Origin: Nitrosopumilus sp.
GTDB lineage: Archaea; Thermoproteota; Nitrososphaeria; Nitrososphaerales; Nitrosopumilaceae
Assembly (NCBI GenBank): GCA_965223425.1
Contig: OZ245003.1
Coordinates: 2,432,001 to 2,496,000 of the forward strand
Direction: 5' to 3'
DNA length: 64,000 nucleotides
In this document: one piece after another, positions 57,437 through 64,000 of the stretch
Numbering within the stretch: position 1 is the first letter of the stretch
Layout of the letters: every line of letters starts with the position of its first letter
Notes under the pieces: generated by a model
The model's database searches: none
The model's input: only the letters and a program-made list of their open reading frames with translations
What the model was told of the DNA's origin: nothing
Program-made: the position numbers and the translations under genes

Positions 57437-58213
57437 TCAATAGTCTGGTCTGTAACCATATCTTGTTCCGTACATAAAATCAGAGCTGTGTGTTTTTTTG
57501 TAAAGATAGCCTGTGGCTAAACCTATTACAAATCCTCCAATGTGGGCAAGATATGCAACACCTCCACCTGCAACACCGAATCCGCCAATGAAAAACGGTA
57601 GCAGGTTTTGGAAGACTAGCCAGAATGGCAGGAACCATCGAGCCTGAATGTGCATCATTCTCCAAAAGAATCCCATCATCAAGAAAGTTTGGATTCTAGC
57701 TTTTGGAAAAATAACAAGATAGGCCCCCAGCACTCCAGAGATTGCCCCTGATGCACCTACTGCAGGAATTACGCTGCTGGTATCACCATAAATGTGAACT
57801 AGGCCTGCACCAACTCCCCACATGAGATAAATTCCAAGGTACTTTGCCTTTCCAAATTTTTGTTCAATGTTATCACCGAAGATCCACAAAAACAGCATGT
57901 TTCCTCCAAGATGCATCAAACCGCCATGCATGAATGTTGAAGTAATCAAAGAGAGGTATGGAGTGGTAGGACATGAAAATCTATCAGGTCCTGCACCAAA
58001 ATCAATTGTAGAAAAAGTTGCACCTGTTATACAATTTGGAACTGCACCCCAATTGTAAAACATTGCAAATGCATTTTGGTTCGTAAAGTCAAAAAATTGC
58101 CCGGTATACGCAACCTCCATAAAAAATACAGCCACATTGATTATGATCAAGGCATAAGTTACCTTTGGTTTGAAACCTGGAGGATGTGGGTTTTCATCTC
58201 TTAGTGGAAGCAT
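57437..58213 (-). CDS. Rhomboid intramembrane serine protease
   Basis: FMHGG..HL.GNM, GASGA, AHIGG. Confidence 0.95.
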   Translation of the reverse strand: MLPLRDENPHPPGFKPKVTYALIIINVAVFFMEVAYTGQFFDFTNQNAFAMFYNWGAVPNCITGATFSTIDFGAGPDRFSCPTTPYLSLITSTFMHGGLMHLGGNMLFLWIFGDNIEQKFGKAKYLGIYLMWGVGAGLVHIYGDTSSVIPAVGASGAISGVLGAYLVIFPKARIQTFLMMGFFWRMMHIQARWFLPFWLVFQNLLPFFIGGFGVAGGGVAYLAHIGGFVIGLATGYLYKKTHSSDFMYGTRYGYRPDY

Positions 58214-58790
58214 TGGCTGTTTAGGTTCATTGAAATTTGTATAATAAGATTATTCAGGATATGGAAAAAGATGAGAGGCAGGCAAAAAGATGACTCTTCT
58301 GTTTCTCGCCCAACTATGGCCTGTATGGTAATTTTATTCCATAATAGGTAAAAAAAACAAAATCGGATTCTGATTCTGGAGTAGATATCATAGGATGTCT
58401 TGATGGGAAAGAATCTGCAGTTGGAGAAGTAAAATCTACCATTCCTGTTGGAGGAAACAGGTTAGGCGGTGCTCAAGCAAAAAGCATAAAACACGATCTT
58501 GATAAAATGAAAAAATATCCTGACGCTTACATTATTCAGTCTTCCCAGAAGACCAAGTTTTCCTCTGAACTGTAACCAGTAATTCGTGATTCTGCCGATT
58601 CTGGATGCGTGTGATTCTTTGTAGTAGAAAGTTTCTCCTTTTGGTAATCTCTACGAAGTACTTCTAGGAAGACTGATACCAGGCCCTGGCCGCAATTGCA
58701 GGATCCGGATACGTTGAAGATTCTCCAATCTCACCTGGCAGTTAGCCGTACTGTCCTTGATTGGGCGGGGTGTCGTTATTATTGGCGTCC

Positions 58791-61700
58791 CTAGTTTAGC
58801 AGCCCGCGCTGCCCGAGGTACGACAGCGCTGCGACAAACTCCTGCGCAGTCAGGCCGTCACCGCCGTCATCTGCATCAAGGAACCACTTTGCTGTCTGCT
58901 TAAAGTATGGGGGGATGCTGGTGCCCTCTATTCCGAACTGGGCTAAAAGCTGCGAGTCAGATGCGGACTGGGACGCAAATCCGCCCCACTGCTTTAGGGT
59001 GTCAAGCTGTTCTGCGGTGAAGCCCTGTCGGGGTTGTTGTTGTTGTGGTTGCTGTTTGTCTGCAGTGTCAGCTGCGGTGCCGTTGCTGCTGCCGGTGGTT
59101 GTTGTGGTTGTGCCGTTGCCGCTGCCGGTGGCTGGGGTGGCGGTACTGCTGCTGCTACTGCTGCCGCCGCCTCCACCTCCGCCGCCGCCTCCGCTGCTGC
59201 TGCCGCCTCCGCTGCTGCTGCCGCCACTGCTGCTGCTGCCGCCTTTCCTTCCCTCAGACACCACAAGGGCGTCCTCAAGGTGGATGTAAAGCGCGTTTCT
59301 GCTGGTGTCCCACAGGCGGTACAGCACGTCAGAGAGCGGAACCTTCTTGGCAAAGGTTATAACAAACTCAAACTGCGCCTTTGTGGCGTCGATGGCAGAC
59401 GCATCCACGGTGGCGCTGGCAATCAGGCCGTGCGGATCAGTTATCCGGATGTTGCCTGAATCGTAGGTCACGTGGGTTTCCGTGCCGTCGTTGTGTATTG
59501 TCCTGCCGTCGTGTGCGACAAACATGTCGACGTGCCGCACGTTTTGCGCCCCGCCGTTCTCGTATACTGTGAGGGTGCTGAGAAGCCTCTCGCCGCTGCC
59601 TGCGCGTATCGTGGCAGTGTGGGGAGAGTCAATCGTGTCAGGGCCGTACTTTACCCCGTCGTATACCAGGGGGTACTGGCCCGCATCAAAGCCCGTGCGG
59701 ATTGAGGGGGCAGAGACGTCTCCGCTGCTGCCACCGCCGCCACCAGAGGAGACAAGGCTCCCAAGGGTGCCTGATGAGTGATAATACCTGAATTCCGGCT
59801 CAAAGGAGGTTCCGCTGCCTGCATCAAGGGAGAGGACAAAGTAGTCAGCCTGCAGCAGGTCGCCGTACTCGTTGAGCGTGGTGTTGCCCATGGCAGGGTC
59901 TGTGTAGTGCCCGTTTGCGTTGTCTGCTACCTGCGCGATGTTGCCAATCAGGCCCTCGTTGACTGTATTACCTGCAGGGCCGCCGTTGAGGTGTATGGCA
60001 GTGCCGAGTATGTATACTGCGTCATATGCCGCATAAGAGTATACGTCAGCGTTGTCCACGGAGCGGTCTATCCTTTTGTTTGCCTCGTTTTGGTCTATTG
60101 CAAGGGTGAGCACGTTATAGTCGGTGCGCTCAAGGAATGTCTTGCGCTTCTCGTCCCGTGGGGCATCACCCTCAAGCAGCTTTGATGGCGCCACGGCGTC
60201 GCTGCCGTACCACTTTGCTGCAGGCAGGTTTGCAGTGGCTGCAGCCTCGTCGAGTATGTCAAGGGTCTCGTTAAATCCGAACACCACCACTGCGGGGGTC
60301 TTTTCACTGACGGAATCATGGCTTAGCGTGTCATTCAGCAAGGCAAGCGTGTCAGCAAATGACTCTGTGCCGGTGCCGTATGGTATTCCGCCGTGTACGG
60401 TTATTTCGCTGTTGGTATTGTTATGAAGAGTCTGGTTCAGTGCTACCCCCCACGCGTCGTTGCGGAACACCGGAATCACGTAATCGATGGAGTCTGCCTC
60501 AAAGAGGCTGACGTACGCCCTGACGGTGTTGGAATCGTCAGGGACGGTCCTAAAGATGCGGTCGTCCTTCTGTTTGAGATCCTCTGTGGGCGCAGTGGAT
60601 GCGTAGCTTATGGCAAGCCTTGGCGGATTGTCAAACAGGGTGTTGTTCTTGACTTCAGACAGCGCCTCACTTGTGAGGGGGCCCACAATGGAGGTTATGT
60701 TGCTGCCTGCAAGCAGTTCCAGTGCTGCAATTGCGCCCTCAGAAGTAGACCCGTCATCATGTGCAGATACTGCAAGCCTCCATGCGGCCTCGTTTGGCGC
60801 AAGGTATCTGTCGTTAAAGTCATTTACTGCCAGGTGTATGGTGTCATTTGCAGGTATGCCAAGTGACGAGATGGAGCCCGTAGTCGAGACGATTGCGCCT
60901 ATGGTTACCGTGGCAGGTGCGCGCACGGTGAGTGTCTCTGTGATTGTGTGGGTGTTGGGCGGAACGGCCGAGTCAGAGACTGTATACTGTATGGTGTAGC
61001 TTCCGATGGCAGGCATGGTATTGTTAATGGAGTTGATCTTGTTTTCGTCAGTGGTGACAGCAGCATCGCCGGCGCCGCTGTAATACCTTATCTCTATGCT
61101 GGTCGGAGGGCTGCCAGTCTCTGTGATGTTTTCTATCTTGCCGTTCCTGTAGGTCTGGCCTTCTGTTAGGGACGTCTCAAAGTCGCCTGTGTGGACGTCT
61201 ACCCTAAAGGTTGGAGGCGTGGTGTCAGGTGCAGAAAGGTGCAGGACAACATGGAGTTCTGCAGAAAGGCCGCGTGAATCGGTGCAAGTGTAGAAGATGG
61301 AGTACCTGCCTTCTGTGTCTTTATCATACGCCGGACTTGCCTCATGCGTGAGTTGGACGGTGTCACCGTCCGGGTCAGAGCATGTTACGCCCAGCTCATC
61401 AAGCTCAAATCCGGTATTGCGGTCCAGCGTGATTCTGGTAGTAGAGATTTGGTCGGTGTCCACCGTATGCGAGATGACAGGAGGGTTGTTGGCCGGTGGT
61501 GATGTGGTGTCACCCGGTGGCCGGCTTACGTTGGTTATGGTCATGGTGTGTTGTGCAGAATCTGTGCCGTCGTCGTTGTCAGTTACCTTCAGCGTGATGA
61601 CCAGAGAAGTGTCTTTTTCGACCGAGGGGGCCGTAAATGATGCCGTTGCCTGAGAGGGGTTTGTTATTGTGATGGACGTGTCGTTGGTGGTCCATGCGTA

Positions 61701-64000
61701 TGATGATATGGTGCCGTCAGTGTCTGTCGAGCCGGTCCCGTCAAGGGTTACTGTTGCTCCCTCGTCTGCGGTGTCAGGCGCTCTGATTATCGCAGTCGGG
61801 GTGACGTTGTCATCCGGCGGTGCAGTAGCCACGGTTATGGTTTCCTCGATTTCAAAGTTGATCGGATTTGACACGTCGTCGCGGCCAGAGACGGCATACG
61901 TCACGCTCCAGGTTCCCGCCTGGAGCGTTGTTCCGTTAAAGGGAACAGCAGTCTCTTGCCCTGTTGTATCGCGATACTTTGTGCTGTTGACTGGATTCTT
62001 GATATTCGTAATGTCTAGGATTGCGTATGGCTCGTAGACATCAGAGGTGGTGATGTCAGTTGCAAAGTCGGCGATGTTCCCGTTTACGGTGAATCCGTAC
62101 ACGCTGACTGGCCTTGATATGGTGTCAGACCGGAGGCCGCCAGAATCCGTGCAGGAGTACGTCACCGTGTGGTTGCCAAGAACGGCCGTGTCAAGTGCGG
62201 TGGCATCCACGTCGATTCCCTCGTCTGTGCGTCCGTCCTGGCCATCAATGCAGAAGGCGCCGGGATCGGCATCTGCAAAGGCGGCTCCGGCCGGAACAAA
62301 CAGTGTCAGGGGCGGCGACTTTAGCACTATGGTAGGCGGCGTGTTGTCAGTTGTGGCAGCCCGGATTGTGACTGTCACGTTGTGCTCTACTGTGTTGCCG
62401 TCAGAGTCTGAGCAGGAGTACGTTATATCGTAGGTGCCTGCAGAGGAGGTGTCTATTGTATCGACTGGCTGGCCTCCAGACGAGATGGCCCTTTCAATCC
62501 CGGTGTTGGTGATGTCGCCGTCTTTGTGGTCTGTGCAGGATGCTGCGGGGATGCTGTATGATGCGTTGATTGCAAGCGTGACTGCGGTGTCTGCGGGCGT
62601 TACTGCAAGCACGGGGGCTGCAGGACCGAAATCCCAGGTGACTGTGACGGTATCAGCTTGTTTGCCGGCAGCATCCGTGCAGGAGTACGTTATGGTATGG
62701 GTGCCAGCAGACGAGGTGTCCACCGTGGCAGGATCCAGCGTGATTGAGGGGGTATCGTCCCTGTTGTCCGTGCAGGATACTGCGGACTGCAGGCCGCCGT
62801 CACCTGCTGCTGCAAAGCCGACATCCTGCCGTACGACATGCGTGCCGTTTGCCAGGGTGGTCACTATGCCGGGGTTGACTGCAAGCACGGGTGGCGTGTT
62901 GTCAGGCGTGCCTACATGAAGCGTCCTGCTGGTTTCTGCGTCGTTGTTACTAGAGTCCGAACATTTGTAGGTTATCGTGTGTTCCCCTGTAGCGTCCTGG
63001 TATCCGTCAGGGAGGGAAGAGTTTGTAAATTCAAGATAAAAGGGAAGGTCTCGGTCATCAGTCTGATGTTTGATATTGTCAGTGCACGTGGCAGTCTCAT
63101 TAAATAGTTCTCCTATATCCAGATCTATGTTGCCATCTCCGTGCAGGTCAATTACAGGCGGGGTGTCATCAACCAGGTATACAGATCTGCCCTCCCCCAC
63201 AGAGTTTCCTTCAGAGTCAGTACACACATAGGTTACAGACTGTATGTCAAAAGGGGAATACGTGAAGAGTTGTGTTCCAAGAACGACACTGAAATCGCTA
63301 AAATCAGGATCCTGTTCAGAGTGATAGTAGACATTCAGAAACACCGTCTGATTCAGGTGTGGCGGGTTTTCATAGTCGCCGGTGTCAGCTATGTCGTTTC
63401 CGTCTGCGTCATGGCACAGGACGCCCTTGTCGGTGTACGGTTCCCCGTACGGGTGCGATATAAAGTCATCGCCGATCAGGTGGATGTGAAGACCTGCAGG
63501 ATGTCCCGCAACAGCGGTGACAGTTGCAGTTGCCAGCGGGTTGCCTGCCGCATCTGAGACGCTCCCCGCAGCGGCATCGTATGTTACGTCAGGCGTTGCG
63601 TCACTGGGCATGACCGGTTTTTGCAGCGTCAGGGTTGCAGTGCTGCCGGTACCGTCAAGGCCGGTGACTGTAATGACTGTGTTGTAGTTGTCATTGTTGT
63701 CTCCCAGCGATACACTCCAGCCGACAAAGTCATCAGAGGCGCCGCTGCGGACAGCCTCGGAGAAGGTGACGTCTATCTGGTTTGAGGCAGGACCCGTCCT
63801 GGCAGAGACCAGCGTAGGGGCAACGCCGTCAGACAGCGTTTGGCCGACAACTGGAACCAGCGAGATGTCAGGCACGTGGGCATCGGTAATTCCCGCGCCG
63901 ATATCCACGGTGCCTGTCGCATCAGTCGCTGTTGTTGTTGCCGTTGTATCAGAGGGGGAATATGAGACAGTATGGGTTGCAGTCCCGGTGCCGGCCACCA
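58791..64000 (-). CDS. Giant multi-domain surface protein (5' end beyond window)
   Basis: At least 1735 aa: repeated Ig-like units (C.D..D...Y.ITY.C.D..G, DUF5011-like), a PKD-like domain (VTLDGTGSTD.DG....Y.W), a type I periplasmic-binding-protein-like domain (IVGP.TS, FRTVPDD, YAAYDAV), Gly/Ser linkers and a C-terminal IPPYFK..AKW motif. Confidence 0.85.
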   Translation of the reverse strand, partial: VAGTGTATHTVSYSPSDTTATTTATDATGTVDIGAGITDAHVPDISLVPVVGQTLSDGVAPTLVSARTGPASNQIDVTFSEAVRSGASDDFVGWSVSLGDNNDNYNTVITVTGLDGTGSTATLTLQKPVMPSDATPDVTYDAAAGSVSDAAGNPLATATVTAVAGHPAGLHIHLIGDDFISHPYGEPYTDKGVLCHDADGNDIADTGDYENPPHLNQTVFLNVYYHSEQDPDFSDFSVVLGTQLFTYSPFDIQSVTYVCTDSEGNSVGEGRSVYLVDDTPPVIDLHGDGNIDLDIGELFNETATCTDNIKHQTDDRDLPFYLEFTNSSLPDGYQDATGEHTITYKCSDSSNNDAETSRTLHVGTPDNTPPVLAVNPGIVTTLANGTHVVRQDVGFAAAGDGGLQSAVSCTDNRDDTPSITLDPATVDTSSAGTHTITYSCTDAAGKQADTVTVTWDFGPAAPVLAVTPADTAVTLAINASYSIPAASCTDHKDGDITNTGIERAISSGGQPVDTIDTSSAGTYDITYSCSDSDGNTVEHNVTVTIRAATTDNTPPTIVLKSPPLTLFVPAGAAFADADPGAFCIDGQDGRTDEGIDVDATALDTAVLGNHTVTYSCTDSGGLRSDTISRPVSVYGFTVNGNIADFATDITTSDVYEPYAILDITNIKNPVNSTKYRDTTGQETAVPFNGTTLQAGTWSVTYAVSGRDDVSNPINFEIEETITVATAPPDDNVTPTAIIRAPDTADEGATVTLDGTGSTDTDGTISSYAWTTNDTSITITNPSQATASFTAPSVEKDTSLVITLKVTDNDDGTDSAQHTMTITNVSRPPGDTTSPPANNPPVISHTVDTDQISTTRITLDRNTGFELDELGVTCSDPDGDTVQLTHEASPAYDKDTEGRYSIFYTCTDSRGLSAELHVVLHLSAPDTTPPTFRVDVHTGDFETSLTEGQTYRNGKIENITETGSPPTSIEIRYYSGAGDAAVTTDENKINSINNTMPAIGSYTIQYTVSDSAVPPNTHTITETLTVRAPATVTIGAIVSTTGSISSLGIPANDTIHLAVNDFNDRYLAPNEAAWRLAVSAHDDGSTSEGAIAALELLAGSNITSIVGPLTSEALSEVKNNTLFDNPPRLAISYASTAPTEDLKQKDDRIFRTVPDDSNTVRAYVSLFEADSIDYVIPVFRNDAWGVALNQTLHNNTNSEITVHGGIPYGTGTESFADTLALLNDTLSHDSVSEKTPAVVVFGFNETLDILDEAAATANLPAAKWYGSDAVAPSKLLEGDAPRDEKRKTFLERTDYNVLTLAIDQNEANKRIDRSVDNADVYSYAAYDAVYILGTAIHLNGGPAGNTVNEGLIGNIAQVADNANGHYTDPAMGNTTLNEYGDLLQADYFVLSLDAGSGTSFEPEFRYYHSSGTLGSLVSSGGGGGSSGDVSAPSIRTGFDAGQYPLVYDGVKYGPDTIDSPHTATIRAGSGERLLSTLTVYENGGAQNVRHVDMFVAHDGRTIHNDGTETHVTYDSGNIRITDPHGLIASATVDASAIDATKAQFEFVITFAKKVPLSDVLYRLWDTSRNALYIHLEDALVVSEGRKGGSSSSGGSSSGGGSSSGGGGGGGGGGSSSSSSTATPATGSGNGTTTTTTGSSNGTAADTADKQQPQQQQPRQGFTAEQLDTLKQWGGFASQSASDSQLLAQFGIEGTSIPPYFKQTAKWFLDADDGGDGLTAQEFVAALSYLGQRGLLN
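59030..59245. repeat. Low-complexity trinucleotide tracts encoding Gly/Ser/Thr/Gln linkers
   Basis: (GCT)n, (GCC)n and (GTT)n runs encoding GGSSSSGGSSSGGG...QQPQQQQP. Confidence 0.85.

Noticed and set aside
58260-58790. Gene or IS remnants between rhomboid and the giant gene
   Set aside because: Short broken frames with a composition change, but no motif or terminal repeat I could assign.
58915-63557. Many plus-strand and alternate-frame ORFs over the giant gene
   Set aside because: Shadow ORFs expected in GC-rich, low-complexity coding DNA; no recognisable motifs.

Overview
Archaeal DNA from an ammonia-oxidising thaumarchaeon (Nitrosopumilus-like, judged from gene content and order; the IS load and GC-rich giant surface gene suggest a host-associated lineage, which is inference). 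The AT-rich core carries adenine deaminase (partial), rpl44e/rps27e, late cobalamin genes, asd, ctaB, ubiD, nac, phoU, hflX, trm56, tfe, a riboflavin cluster, rps19e, rnp4, tRNA-Gly(TCC), nep1, nrdJ with an HTH-NrdD-like neighbour, thiolase/DUF35, nitrilase and rhomboid. There are four accessory zones. (1) 1495-2822: a frameshifted TnpB gene with no transposase, bounded by perfect 24-bp TIRs and an 8-bp TSD typical of IS6-type DDE elements; the same terminus occurs next to an IS6 transposase remnant at 38372. (2) About 12.4-15.4 kb: an AT-rich four-gene module, MUG glycosylase / YwgA-Panacea-like protein / cytosine-type thymidylate-synthase homolog / second MUG with an altered catalytic motif. 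(1) and (2) are the two best candidates for an undescribed system. (3) About 30.8-43.8 kb: a nested IS graveyard (IS66, two IS5, two ISH3, two IS630, IS6) with a ParM fragment, an HNH nuclease, an interrupted tRNA-like gene, a spacer-like 38/36/38-bp insertion and an orphan AbiEi. (4) 58.8-64 kb: a GC-rich giant multi-domain surface protein. All calls come from reading motifs by eye; no database searches were run.
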